Source: an uncultured virus (IMG/VR IMGVR_UViG_3300020046_001945) (lineage: Duplodnaviria > Heunggongvirae > Uroviricota > Caudoviricetes). From it: a stretch of DNA of 64,000 nt. The notes below the pieces were generated by a model. It worked only from the letters and a program-made list of their open reading frames with translations, searched no databases and had not been told where the DNA came from. Positions 17,317 through 26,630 of the stretch are shown piece after piece. The translations under genes were made by a program, and so were the position numbers. The DNA lies in the IMG/VR virus record IMGVR_UViG_3300020046_001945; one strand, given 5' to 3'. Each line of letters opens with the position of its first letter. The stretch's first letter is position 1.

Positions 17317-17873
17317 ACTCACAAGAAATAATTGAAAAAACATTAGCGTTGAATCTATTTGAACCAAGTAAGAAGCGGTCTAACTTCTTTATTCTTGGTT
17401 CTGAATATCGTTACAATAACTCTCAGGAATGTCTGTTTACCGCAGATGTTCCTTTTCATTTTCTACAATACGTTTGCTTATCTTTGTCATTATCCGAACA
17501 CATTCCCGAACTTCGCGAATATATCAAAAAAGCCAAACCATCCGAACCTACTTTAGTTGAAGAATACAACCAAAACAAAATTGGGCTTCCGTCATTCTGT
17601 GTTCTGAACTGCCGACAAGAAAATGTCATTGGTGTGTTCTCTGACTATTGGTTGTCACAAGCCGTTAAGAAGAATACAACAATTTGTTATTTTTGGAGAA
17701 CTACATTTGAAGATAGAACCGACTATCTCGGAATTAAATATTCTATCTTCAACAAAAAGTTTCAGACATTTGAAGATTACAAGACAAAAACAAAATTTAT
17801 AAAAGATTACAAAACAAGAGATAATATTAACTTACTAATGGAGTTTTCTAAACTATGGCTGGTAAAAAGATAA
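17313..17873 (+). CDS. hypothetical protein
   Basis: 186 aa ORF, ATGA overlap. Confidence 0.7.
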   Translation: MNSQEIIEKTLALNLFEPSKKRSNFFILGSEYRYNNSQECLFTADVPFHFLQYVCLSLSLSEHIPELREYIKKAKPSEPTLVEEYNQNKIGLPSFCVLNCRQENVIGVFSDYWLSQAVKKNTTICYFWRTTFEDRTDYLGIKYSIFNKKFQTFEDYKTKTKFIKDYKTRDNINLLMEFSKLWLVKR

Positions 17874-18082
17874 AAAAGAAATGTTATTTGAAGATTATCT
17901 CATGTGGTAATTTTTTCTTTTCTAATAGTACCCGTGGAGAAAGATTTGATATGAGAAAAGGTGTCCGAATAGATATTGATGAATTTTTACTTAACACACA
18001 TACTTTCATACCAGATTGTATTTCATATGACTTAGACAAAGCATACAGAACTGTTATTCGTAGATTGAAATTGAGGCAATGA
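17855..18082 (+). CDS. MKI/RRMK family small protein
   Basis: KCYLKI...YRTVIRRLKL. Confidence 0.7.
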   Translation: MAGKKIKKKCYLKIISCGNFFFSNSTRGERFDMRKGVRIDIDEFLLNTHTFIPDCISYDLDKAYRTVIRRLKLRQ

Positions 18083-18083
18083 T

Positions 18084-18290
18084 ATGTTTGTTTTACGAAT
18101 CAAATTAGATGGAGAAACAATCTACATTCAAGCAAAACTATTAGACGAAAAGAATATGTATACAACTGTTCAAATTCTATACAGCGAAATAGAACTTAAA
18201 CAACCATTTTACATTCCCGATGCTGGCACGACAAACCAAAACATTAATTTTGGATACTGTGCAGTAAAAAGAAGGTTGAAGTTGAAATGA
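18084..18290 (+). CDS. MKI/RRMK family small protein
   Basis: MFVLRIKL...TNQN...YCAVKRRLKLK. Confidence 0.7.
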   Translation: MFVLRIKLDGETIYIQAKLLDEKNMYTTVQILYSEIELKQPFYIPDAGTTNQNINFGYCAVKRRLKLK

Positions 18291-18481
18291 AAATAGTAAT
18301 AATTGCCGAACCTAACAGAATAAACAACGGAATCATCTTTGGGGCAAAATTCGTGGTTAAAAAATATCCCTATATTAGGTATAATGAATTTGAAAATAAC
18401 CATTGTGAATATGTAACTCCGCTTGAAGAAAAATACGAAACAATTTGTAGAAGATTGAAATTGAAAAGAATATACTTATGA
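18287..18481 (+). CDS. MKI/RRMK family small protein
   Basis: MKIVII...IFG...YETICRRLKLK. Confidence 0.7.
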   Translation: MKIVIIAEPNRINNGIIFGAKFVVKKYPYIRYNEFENNHCEYVTPLEEKYETICRRLKLKRIYL

Positions 18482-18669
18482 CGCTTTACATTACTATTTG
18501 GAAAAGTCTCGGTGGGTTATCAATATACAATGACCCAACAACCCCTGAAAATTATGAAGACAGAGTTCAATTAACTTTTCCAGAATTACAATTACAAAAA
18601 CCATTAGTTTTTCCAGACAAATGTTCCGAGAAATACGTTCATATTAAAAGAAGGATGAAACTCAAATGA
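18478..18669 (+). CDS. MKI/RRMK family small protein
   Basis: MTLYITI...YVHIKRRMKLK. Confidence 0.7.
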   Translation: MTLYITIWKSLGGLSIYNDPTTPENYEDRVQLTFPELQLQKPLVFPDKCSEKYVHIKRRMKLK

Positions 18670-19145
18670 AAATTAAATTTGTATTAGAATCATTTAAGAA
18701 GATTGAAAACGACTTAGGATTTTCTGTTCAAGCAGTCATGTCAATGGTTCAATCTGGAATTCAATCAGCGACTCAGAATAAATCAGGTGATTGTTATGAA
18801 TTCAAGTTTCTATATCCGTGGGAACAGAATGATAAAGTAAGCGAAATGCTGAAAGAATTCAAGGATTCGTTCATCACTAATTCAAAGACATATCAATTTG
18901 ATGATAAGACCGGAGTTCTTCTTTTCCACACAATTCCGTCTGAAGAAAAAGAAAAGAAGCTAAAGAAGATTGTTGATGATATTTTCAACACAGAAGATAT
19001 TAACGCACTTCTTTTGATTAAACATCCGGACGATTTTGTTGCTAAACTGGCAGGAATGAAGATTAAGTTTTTTGACAAGGAAGAATTTGCGGATGTTGAT
19101 AACATGTTCAAGAATGAAATGACAGAAATGTTTGATGATGAGTGA
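18666..19145 (+). CDS. hypothetical protein
   Basis: 159 aa ORF. Confidence 0.7.
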   Translation: MKIKFVLESFKKIENDLGFSVQAVMSMVQSGIQSATQNKSGDCYEFKFLYPWEQNDKVSEMLKEFKDSFITNSKTYQFDDKTGVLLFHTIPSEEKEKKLKKIVDDIFNTEDINALLLIKHPDDFVAKLAGMKIKFFDKEEFADVDNMFKNEMTEMFDDE

Positions 19146-19476
19146 AGTTAAGTTTAGAGCAATTGGAGTTGGAACATGTGGAATGTCATATAAATGGGAT
19201 GTTCCTCTCACAGTTAAACAATATTCCGAATTGAAAAAGAGTCTACCAGAATATTCTCAAAATGGATGCTCATTCACATTCGTCAAAGATTACTTCAAAG
19301 ATGTTTATGTTCTGAGTATCATTTGTTATTTTGATTTGCCTCCGTTTAATTCCGAAGATGATGCTGAGAAATATATGACCGATGACACTTTGTTCATGTT
19401 GTATTCTAAACATCCAATGTTAAATGAACTAAACGAAATCAGACACGCAATGATTAAGAATGGAGTAGGGAAATAA
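19135..19476 (+). CDS. hypothetical protein
   Basis: ORF within the operon. Confidence 0.65.
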   Translation: MMSEVKFRAIGVGTCGMSYKWDVPLTVKQYSELKKSLPEYSQNGCSFTFVKDYFKDVYVLSIICYFDLPPFNSEDDAEKYMTDDTLFMLYSKHPMLNELNEIRHAMIKNGVGK

Positions 19477-20006
19477 TGGGATACCATCAAAGACTCGCAA
19501 GAATTCCTAAGACTTCAAAGAATGAAGTTTCTGGATTGAATTTGGAATTGGTCCAAGCACGTTATGATATCGACACAATAAGGGAACTTCCTCATTACGA
19601 AGAACTAATTTATCTCGGAGATATTAAAGATATTTCAGGAACACCTTTCTTTGATTTCAACATTGAAGACTATGGGTATGAATTCTCTATTCTAACCAAA
19701 GATGATTTGAAGAATATTATTGAACAGTATTACAAACATGTTCAAAATGAATTCACAAATCTAAAAGAACTTCTTACACCACTTTGTAAGAATGAACAAA
19801 TTGATTATGGTGCTATTGTTTCTCATCTATACTCCAAGTTCCAAATTTGGGGTGATAGTGGAATGAACTGGCGACCATACAACTTGAACGAGAACCGAGA
19901 AAACATTGTAGATTCAAATAGATACGAATACGATGTTTTTGAATTAGTTCGCATTCTCAAATCATTTGACTACGAAAACAATTATCTAATTCTGTCGGGG
20001 TGGTGA
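19476..20006 (+). CDS. hypothetical protein
   Basis: 176 aa ORF. Confidence 0.7.
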   Translation: MGYHQRLARIPKTSKNEVSGLNLELVQARYDIDTIRELPHYEELIYLGDIKDISGTPFFDFNIEDYGYEFSILTKDDLKNIIEQYYKHVQNEFTNLKELLTPLCKNEQIDYGAIVSHLYSKFQIWGDSGMNWRPYNLNENRENIVDSNRYEYDVFELVRILKSFDYENNYLILSGW

Positions 20007-20179
20007 TATTGTTCCATAAAATATACAGAATGAAATTGTTTGAATCTATCCAAGAACACACAGAACATTCTTATTTCACAATTACGAGAGTTCCTGGTGG
20101 GTGGTTGTTTAGAACAGCATCGTTAACAGAAACATTTGTCCCTTTTAGTAATGAATTCGCAAACAAACAGGAGATGTAA
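20003..20179 (+). CDS. small hypothetical protein with RVPGGW motif (not in ORF track)
   Basis: GTGA overlap; fills the gap exactly; start may instead be ATG 20030. Confidence 0.6.
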   Translation: MILFHKIYRMKLFESIQEHTEHSYFTITRVPGGWLFRTASLTETFVPFSNEFANKQEM

Positions 20180-20181
20180 AA

Positions 20182-20691
20182 ATGAGCGTAAGTAGATATG
20201 TTCCCGTTCGAGTAGCAGTAGTAGATGGTAAGATTTATCCAGTAACCGAATTAGAATTTGTAAAAGATTCTTTTAGTGGAAACTATTACAAATTTGGTCC
20301 AGGATATAATGACAAAGTTAAACAGTTGATTGAAATGATTTGGGACACTAAGAAGAAGTGTTATAAGAATCCATTTGTTGTTGAAGTCAAACAACCTGAG
20401 ACTATGTTTGAAGAATATAACATTGGTGATGAAGTTCTTGTAGAAGCTACTGGAAGTCATCGTAAACTAAAGAAGAATAAAATTGTAGATATTGTTTATG
20501 AAGAATATTCAAGCAGCTATCAAAAATATAAAAAGGTTGACGAATATTGGAAGAAGTATATATCAGAAGAAGATTCAGCTAAATTGATTCCTGACGAATT
20601 GATTGAGATTAGACAATTCAACCCAACGTATGTTTTTGAAGATGGATACAGAACAATATACCCTCACCAATTCTATAGGGTGGAAGAATGA
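20182..20691 (+). CDS. hypothetical protein
   Basis: 169 aa ORF, GGAG RBS. Confidence 0.7.
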   Translation: MSVSRYVPVRVAVVDGKIYPVTELEFVKDSFSGNYYKFGPGYNDKVKQLIEMIWDTKKKCYKNPFVVEVKQPETMFEEYNIGDEVLVEATGSHRKLKKNKIVDIVYEEYSSSYQKYKKVDEYWKKYISEEDSAKLIPDELIEIRQFNPTYVFEDGYRTIYPHQFYRVEE

Positions 20692-20921
20692 GAATCTATC
20701 CAGCCGGAACAAGAATCAAGCATAAAAAGAACATTGGTGAAATTGTCAAGTATGATGACAACATAAAGAAATGGGAAATAAAGTGGATTTCATTTAGTGA
20801 CAATCCCGTTCAAGGTTGGGTTGGCTGGTTGAAAGATTCCGAAATTGAATTAGAAACACCAATCCAACTACCAAAATTAAAAATCAAACCAATTGTAGAA
20901 TTAACAACAAGGAGAAAATGA
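20688..20921 (+). CDS. hypothetical protein
   Basis: 77 aa ORF. Confidence 0.6.
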   Translation: MRIYPAGTRIKHKKNIGEIVKYDDNIKKWEIKWISFSDNPVQGWVGWLKDSEIELETPIQLPKLKIKPIVELTTRRK

Positions 20922-21131
20922 ATGAAAGCAATCAAGAAATTTTTCAAAGATATTGAGAATCAACGACTAATAGCCATATCTTTTTTAGTATTTTGTTCAT
21001 TAGGTTCTTTCTATCTGTTGTTTTCTGATATGGTTACAACAAACAGAACATTTACGCAAGATTCAACAAGACAACAATTTCTGTTTTCAAATATTGACAC
21101 GACCAATACATTAAGTAAGGTTTATAAATGA
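20922..21131 (+). CDS. small single-pass membrane protein
   Basis: one hydrophobic segment. Confidence 0.6.
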   Translation: MKAIKKFFKDIENQRLIAISFLVFCSLGSFYLLFSDMVTTNRTFTQDSTRQQFLFSNIDTTNTLSKVYK

Positions 21132-21424
21132 TTCAAATTCAACTATTAGAAGAAGATGATGTTATCAATCCAACTGATTTCTGCCGACCACTAAGTTTAG
21201 AATATTCCGAATTTAGTGATTCTATTTTTACAAAAGCAACGTATAGTGGTTCGCCAATCAACAATATGAAATGGTGTCGTGTTCAATTTATTCTTGGTAA
21301 ATGTTGGCATGGAAAAAAGATAAAAGAATATCATTCAAAAGATTCAATCAGAAAGTTGGAATTTGTTCGTGGACGAATTCCGGATTCTCATCTTTTGGAT
21401 ATGAAAGGATACACAATCATATGA
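21128..21424 (+). CDS. hypothetical protein
   Basis: 98 aa ORF. Confidence 0.65.
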   Translation: MIQIQLLEEDDVINPTDFCRPLSLEYSEFSDSIFTKATYSGSPINNMKWCRVQFILGKCWHGKKIKEYHSKDSIRKLEFVRGRIPDSHLLDMKGYTII

Positions 21425-21963
21425 AAGAACAAATAGAAAAAGAACAGAAAGTTTTAGAATCTCTTTGGGAACAGTCTAAGAATATAAGTAGCCAGATTTC
21501 AAAACAAAGAGAACTTCTAAAATCTCTCCATGAAAAATATAACAAAACAAGAACGTTGACTCTAAAAGATATTATAAAGCAGGACCATTTAGAAACTACT
21601 TACATCCATTTCAAAAAGTGGTGTCAGGAAAATGGATTTAGTAATGCTGGATATTTTCTTGATACTAACGAATACACTATACAAGTTACTTTTTGTGTAG
21701 ATGATAAGAAGAAACTAAAGACACAAAAACAAAACATTCAGAAATATGCTAAAATTGCCGAACCAAGAGAAGATGGACTGGTCTGGATGAGCGTGATGGA
21801 AAATACTTTATCACTACATGGAAGTTATCACATTTGTTATGATAAAGAACAGGGTTATAAAATTCATCATACTTATAGAAAGTTTATTACTGAATTTATG
21901 ACTAAAGATGAATTGTTTGAATGGGGGTGTGAAGCATATACCATACGGAGGAGAAAGAGATGA
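21421..21963 (+). CDS. hypothetical protein with N-terminal coiled coil
   Basis: start moved to ATG 21421 (ATGA overlap). Confidence 0.65.
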   Translation: MKEQIEKEQKVLESLWEQSKNISSQISKQRELLKSLHEKYNKTRTLTLKDIIKQDHLETTYIHFKKWCQENGFSNAGYFLDTNEYTIQVTFCVDDKKKLKTQKQNIQKYAKIAEPREDGLVWMSVMENTLSLHGSYHICYDKEQGYKIHHTYRKFITEFMTKDELFEWGCEAYTIRRRKR

Positions 21964-22460
21964 ATATTAAAAAACTAAAAGAAGAAAACAAAAAACTTAT
22001 AGAAGAAAATGAAGCTCTTAAACAAATAGTCAACAGCCGCGAAGAAAATAAAGCTTTCAAACAAAACAATATTAAAAAATTCGAATCAGAATCATTTAAC
22101 ATTCGTAAAGACCACGAAAATATTTTCGCCTGGTTTGCTATTTCAAAGACAAATGAATGTTACATTATACCCGATGAAGATAGAAATTTTGTATGTATGG
22201 ATATTCCAACTCGTTTATTTAATGAGCTTTGGAAATATTTAGATGGTGGGTTTGATACTGATGAACTATATGAATTCCCAACATTCATTTTAGATTTCGA
22301 TGAACTAAAATGTGATTATGACATTGTTGTTTTAAATTCAAATGTTTTGTGTAATGGAGTTTATAAGATTCAAAAAAATAAAAAAGATGAATACATGATT
22401 ATTCCACAAACTCTAATTGTTGATTACGAAAACCATCACATTGAGGTAGAAGATGAATGA
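21960..22460 (+). CDS. hypothetical protein with N-terminal coiled coil
   Basis: 166 aa ORF. Confidence 0.65.
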   Translation: MNIKKLKEENKKLIEENEALKQIVNSREENKAFKQNNIKKFESESFNIRKDHENIFAWFAISKTNECYIIPDEDRNFVCMDIPTRLFNELWKYLDGGFDTDELYEFPTFILDFDELKCDYDIVVLNSNVLCNGVYKIQKNKKDEYMIIPQTLIVDYENHHIEVEDE

Positions 22461-22776
22461 AAGATATGTAGTTCAATGTGAATATAAAGATGGGAAAATA
22501 TTCTACTGGAAATTTTTTAATTACGGATTCGCGTCTCATTATCTCTCAGATGATATTGATGAAGCTGCCACATTTCCATCTATTGCTTCCGGAACGAAAA
22601 AGATAAAATATATACGAACCGGAATTGCTCAAATCTACGACAATAGAAAAATTCAAAATGATGATTCTCCACAATGTTTCGAAATAGGAGATGATAAGTT
22701 TGAATGGAACGATATAACTAATTTCTATGTAACAAAAGTTTCACTAATACATAAAGAACAAACGGAGATAAAATGA
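22453..22776 (+). CDS. hypothetical protein
   Basis: 107 aa ORF. Confidence 0.65.
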   Translation: MNERYVVQCEYKDGKIFYWKFFNYGFASHYLSDDIDEAATFPSIASGTKKIKYIRTGIAQIYDNRKIQNDDSPQCFEIGDDKFEWNDITNFYVTKVSLIHKEQTEIK

Positions 22777-23021
22777 TATCTGAAATTTTAAAAGTTGCGT
22801 ATTCCCATGCTCCAAAGGCAAGAACATCTGGATGGATTAAAAGCGATGCTATTTTTACAATCTACACAACACAGAATAGATATACAAATGTAGAAGTTTG
22901 GTATTATATTGATGATTACATTATGAAAACAAATGGCGGTGCTATTTCAATTCCAACTAAAGCTATTATTGGATTCGAAACTTGTGGAATTTTGTATGGA
23001 GAAAAAACAACAAATGAATAA
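22773..23021 (+). CDS. hypothetical protein
   Basis: 82 aa ORF, GGAG RBS. Confidence 0.6.
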   Translation: MISEILKVAYSHAPKARTSGWIKSDAIFTIYTTQNRYTNVEVWYYIDDYIMKTNGGAISIPTKAIIGFETCGILYGEKTTNE

Positions 23022-23241
23022 ATTCCTCAAATATTTCTGTTATCCAATCCATCTTTCGTTAGTTCTATCAAAACATATTAAAGATGCGGAAATTCGAGCA
23101 TGTGTTATATCTCTATCAGTCATAGTATTTCTTCTAATACTATCAATTTTCAATAGTTACTTAGGAGTAGCCGGGATATTATACTTTTTATATTCTCTAT
23201 ATTTATATGATGGTGTGTTTTACGAAAAGGAGATAAAATGA
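23014..23241 (+). CDS. small membrane protein
   Basis: start moved to ATG 23014; two hydrophobic segments. Confidence 0.6.
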   Translation: MNKFLKYFCYPIHLSLVLSKHIKDAEIRACVISLSVIVFLLILSIFNSYLGVAGILYFLYSLYLYDGVFYEKEIK

Positions 23242-23552
23242 TGAACGACGCCGAACAATTAAAATCACTATCAGCCAATTCTAAAAATGTATCTATTGAC
23301 GAACAGAATGAAAAGTCATTAAAAATTATTTACAATCGGCTACTGCTTGATATGAAATGGTCAGCGGAAATCGGAAGTAGACAATTTAGAGTTTTAAAAG
23401 ATTCTGCTTTACAATATGGTTTGGATGATGATATGCCTACAATTAAACCAAAAATAATTCAAATGCTAAAGGATAATGGGTTTGTTGTAACTGAAGGAAA
23501 AACTGGGTGGGGAATATTTGGTTTAAGTTATATTGAAATTAGTTGGGAGTGA
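23238..23552 (+). CDS. hypothetical protein
   Basis: 104 aa ORF ending EISWE. Confidence 0.65.
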   Translation: MMNDAEQLKSLSANSKNVSIDEQNEKSLKIIYNRLLLDMKWSAEIGSRQFRVLKDSALQYGLDDDMPTIKPKIIQMLKDNGFVVTEGKTGWGIFGLSYIEISWE

Positions 23553-23555
23553 GAT

Positions 23556-23756
23556 ATGAAAACATATTCGGTATGGACTAACAATGACAACAATACATTA
23601 ACATTGGTTGAAGGAACAAAACAACCAACGTTTGTTAATGGTAGTTTGGATGATGATGCTTCTGTTAAACTATACGAAATCCAAGCTGCAGATTATAATT
23701 CCGCTATGACAAAATATCATGAAATACAAGGTTGGGAACCATATAACCCATTTTAA
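23556..23756 (+). CDS. hypothetical protein
   Basis: 66 aa ORF, GGAG RBS. Confidence 0.6.
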   Translation: MKTYSVWTNNDNNTLTLVEGTKQPTFVNGSLDDDASVKLYEIQAADYNSAMTKYHEIQGWEPYNPF

Positions 23757-23758
23757 AA

Positions 23759-24712
23759 TTAAAGAAAAAGATTAGCTAACGAAACAGTCTCGTTGATTTT
23801 CTTTTCCATTTCTTTCTTCAATTCTTGTTTGACATCTTGTGTAACCGGAAGTTTCTTGTTACCATATTTAATTGGATCGAAAGCTCTTAACATCAATGCT
23901 TTTGCTTTTGGTGTTAAGTTTCCTTCGTCATCTTTGTTAGGACCGATGTTGGAATTGAAACGAGCGATGAAACGGCAAATACGCCCAACAGCCTGCCACT
24001 CAACATCTGTCAAATCCGGAACGCCACTATTTTTGAATTTTGAGCCTTTTCTTAAAATGCTAACAAGAAGTTTGGCATCTTTCATTCCAAAATTAGCACC
24101 ACCAACCGATTCCTTTTTAGCTTCATCTTCTGACCAACCAATACCATCGGACTCTTTTGAATTGATGAAACTTTGAAGTTCGGCAGATGACATATTGACC
24201 ATCTTCATCAACTTCCGAAACATGATTTCTCTATCACTTGGAACTGTGGAAACTCGTTCTTTCTTTTCTTCAGCTTCAAACAATTTTATTTCTATTTCGA
24301 ATTCCATTTCATAGTCCCTCTTATCAATATTTATCTCTTCATTTATCTTCTTCCGAGGGTCGTGACCCCAAACTAAAAGGCTTAATAGTTTTCTTGTCTT
24401 TCGTCCTTTCTCATCATATAGTGGCCCAGCGCCACCTTTTGCCCTACTTATATATGAAATTTGTCTTCCTGCCCATTCCCAATCATTAGAATCCCAATCT
24501 TCAACTTTCTTTCCAAGCATTCTAATGATAGCTCTTGCCGAATCTCTACCACTTTTTATTTTTCCACCCGAAGCACCAGCAGTAGCAGATTCTTTTCTAC
24601 TCAACCCCGCTTCTTTTCCTTCATCGGAATCTAAGAACTTTTGAATTTCGTTTGCTGACATGTTGATTAGTTTCTTCCATGTCTTGTATTGTTCTTTTTG
24701 TTTGTCGTCCAT
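23759..24712 (-). CDS. tandem DUF3140-like domain protein
   Basis: two copies of (I/V)NMS..E(I/L)..F..S.E...G, ending WGHDP and RAFDP; start moved to ATG 24712. Confidence 0.7.
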   Translation of the reverse strand: MDDKQKEQYKTWKKLINMSANEIQKFLDSDEGKEAGLSRKESATAGASGGKIKSGRDSARAIIRMLGKKVEDWDSNDWEWAGRQISYISRAKGGAGPLYDEKGRKTRKLLSLLVWGHDPRKKINEEINIDKRDYEMEFEIEIKLFEAEEKKERVSTVPSDREIMFRKLMKMVNMSSAELQSFINSKESDGIGWSEDEAKKESVGGANFGMKDAKLLVSILRKGSKFKNSGVPDLTDVEWQAVGRICRFIARFNSNIGPNKDDEGNLTPKAKALMLRAFDPIKYGNKKLPVTQDVKQELKKEMEKKINETVSLANLFL

Positions 24713-24717
24713 ACTCT

Positions 24718-24723
24718 TATTTA
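24718..24723 (-). promoter_or_regulatory. late promoter core TAAATA, 5 nt before ATG
   Basis: TAAATA-AGAGT-ATG. Confidence 0.55.
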
Positions 24724-24740
24724 TCTCGAAAGGATAACAT

Positions 24741-26570
24741 ATGCCAAATCGCATCATTGAACTTGAATCTAAACTTGCCGAATGGTCAAAGGCTTATTAC
24801 GAAAATGGAGAATCAATTGTTCCAGATTCTGTTTACGATGCTCATTTTAACGAACTGAAAGAACTAAATCCTAACAGCAAAATATTCCAAACTGCTGGTA
24901 AGGGTTATGTGGTCCAAGCATCTGAAAAAGAAAAGTTCAAGCATCCTATTGAAGTTGGAAGTATTGATTTTCGTTCACATGACTTAGATGAAATTTTGAA
25001 GAAGCTTGACAAAGATGCTACATGGACAATTAAGATAGATGGCAATTCTGTCTGTGATTATTTTGAAAATGGAAAGCTTCTGAATGTTTCTACCAGAGGT
25101 TCTGACAATATTGGAATCATTAGAACTAACCGATTTGTTGAATGTGGAAAGACTCCCAAACAAATTTATTTTCTAAAGAATGTTCGTCTTGCTTGTGTTC
25201 GTGGTGAAGTAGCAATTCCTAAGAAGAAGTTTTTGGTTGAGAATGGGTTTGATATTGAAAAGGCAAGTAGAAATTCAGTTGCTGGAGCTATTTCAAGAAA
25301 GACTGATTACGAAGATGTGTTCAAGCATGTAGACAATATCAAATATACTTTTATTGATTGTGATTCTGGTGAAAGTCTATACTCAGAAGATTGGGAGAAG
25401 TTCTATCCAGTTGAAAGACAGAAACCAGTCTACACAAATGGAAAAGCAATCACGTTAGATGAACTAAAAATAGCTGTTGAAAATTCTGAACATGAATGTG
25501 ATGGAATTGTTTTTAGGAATTCTGACGGAGAGTTGTTTGCGTTTAAGTTTGAAGATGCTAAAGCTACTACAAAGATTCTGAAGATTGACATTTCTATTGG
25601 AGCGGCACAACGACTGACTCCAATTGCCAATCTTTTGCCAGTCAATCTTTCTGGTTCGCTTATTTCCAAAGCATCGTTAGGGTCATTCGCTATGGCTGAA
25701 GCTATCGGAGCCTTCCCACTAAATTCTAATTGTATTTGTGAGGTGGTTAGGTCGGGCGAAATCATCCCGCTTATCACCAGAATCATTTCCAACGACGGAG
25801 AAGTAATTCAAAATGAAATTCTATGTCCGGTTTGTGGAACTGTGGCTGAATACAAAGGCGCTCATGCTTTTTGTGTGAATCCTGAGTGTCCAAACATTGA
25901 GCGAGAGTATTTATTCAAGTTCTGTTCATTTGTTGCTCCTGAAGGTTTGAGAGAGAAGAACCTGGAGAAGATTTTTGATTATTATGGAATTTCTTCTGTG
26001 ACTGATTTAGTTTCATTTGGGACTGATGAAGATTTTGATGTTACAGAAGTTGATGGAATTGGAAACTCAGTTGCTAAGTTGTTTGAGAAGATGTTAGAAA
26101 CTATTTCCTCACCAATCAACTCCAAAATCATCTACCAGACATTTATAACTGGTTGTGGTGAAAGAGCATCAAAGGCTATTGTTAATTCCGGATTCAAATT
26201 TGAAGACTATTTTAATTTTGATGGAGACTTTGATAAGCTTCACACATTACCAAACTTCAATTCCAATATTGTTTCGGAAATGGTTGATAAGAATGAAATG
26301 ATTGAAGAAGTTTGTTCGTATTTGGAAATTTATGACGAGAAGGAAGTTGTTGGTGAAAAGAGTTTCTGTATCACCGGAGTTCGCCTTTCAAAAGAACAAT
26401 TGGATTTAGCAAAGAATGCTGGCTGGGAAGAGAAGTCTGGAGTTAGTAAAAATTTGAATGTGCTGGTTGTTAAAAGCGCAACGTCATCTTCTTCAAAAAC
26501 TGAAAAGGCTAAGAGTCTGGGTGTGAAGATTGTTTCATTGGACGAGTTTGTTAAAATGATTCAAAAATAA
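24741..26570 (+). CDS. ligA: NAD-dependent DNA ligase
   Basis: AYY...D..YD domain Ia, KIDG, TRG, RGEV, DGIV, RSGEIIP, C4 zinc finger, C-terminal BRCT. Confidence 0.93.
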   Translation: MPNRIIELESKLAEWSKAYYENGESIVPDSVYDAHFNELKELNPNSKIFQTAGKGYVVQASEKEKFKHPIEVGSIDFRSHDLDEILKKLDKDATWTIKIDGNSVCDYFENGKLLNVSTRGSDNIGIIRTNRFVECGKTPKQIYFLKNVRLACVRGEVAIPKKKFLVENGFDIEKASRNSVAGAISRKTDYEDVFKHVDNIKYTFIDCDSGESLYSEDWEKFYPVERQKPVYTNGKAITLDELKIAVENSEHECDGIVFRNSDGELFAFKFEDAKATTKILKIDISIGAAQRLTPIANLLPVNLSGSLISKASLGSFAMAEAIGAFPLNSNCICEVVRSGEIIPLITRIISNDGEVIQNEILCPVCGTVAEYKGAHAFCVNPECPNIEREYLFKFCSFVAPEGLREKNLEKIFDYYGISSVTDLVSFGTDEDFDVTEVDGIGNSVAKLFEKMLETISSPINSKIIYQTFITGCGERASKAIVNSGFKFEDYFNFDGDFDKLHTLPNFNSNIVSEMVDKNEMIEEVCSYLEIYDEKEVVGEKSFCITGVRLSKEQLDLAKNAGWEEKSGVSKNLNVLVVKSATSSSSKTEKAKSLGVKIVSLDEFVKMIQK

Positions 26571-26572
26571 AC

Positions 26573-26604
26573 CTCTTGACTTGACAAAAATAAAAGAGTA
26601 TATT
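26573..26604 (+). promoter_or_regulatory. early promoter and left copy of 32-bp direct repeat
   Basis: TTGACT-N17-TATATT; 30/32 identical to 31083..31114. Confidence 0.85.
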
Positions 26605-26630
26605 TGCTGTAAATACTTTCAAGGACACTT

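Noticed and set aside
512..18669. Diversity-generating retroelement or integron as the driver of the array
   Set aside because: No reverse transcriptase, integrase, template/variable repeat pair or attC-like hairpins are visible in this window. They cannot be excluded elsewhere in the genome.
1..23756. Stop-codon reassignment as the cause of the many short ORFs
   Set aside because: Successive ORFs change frame through ATGA overlaps and each has its own start motif; long genes are intact in the standard code.
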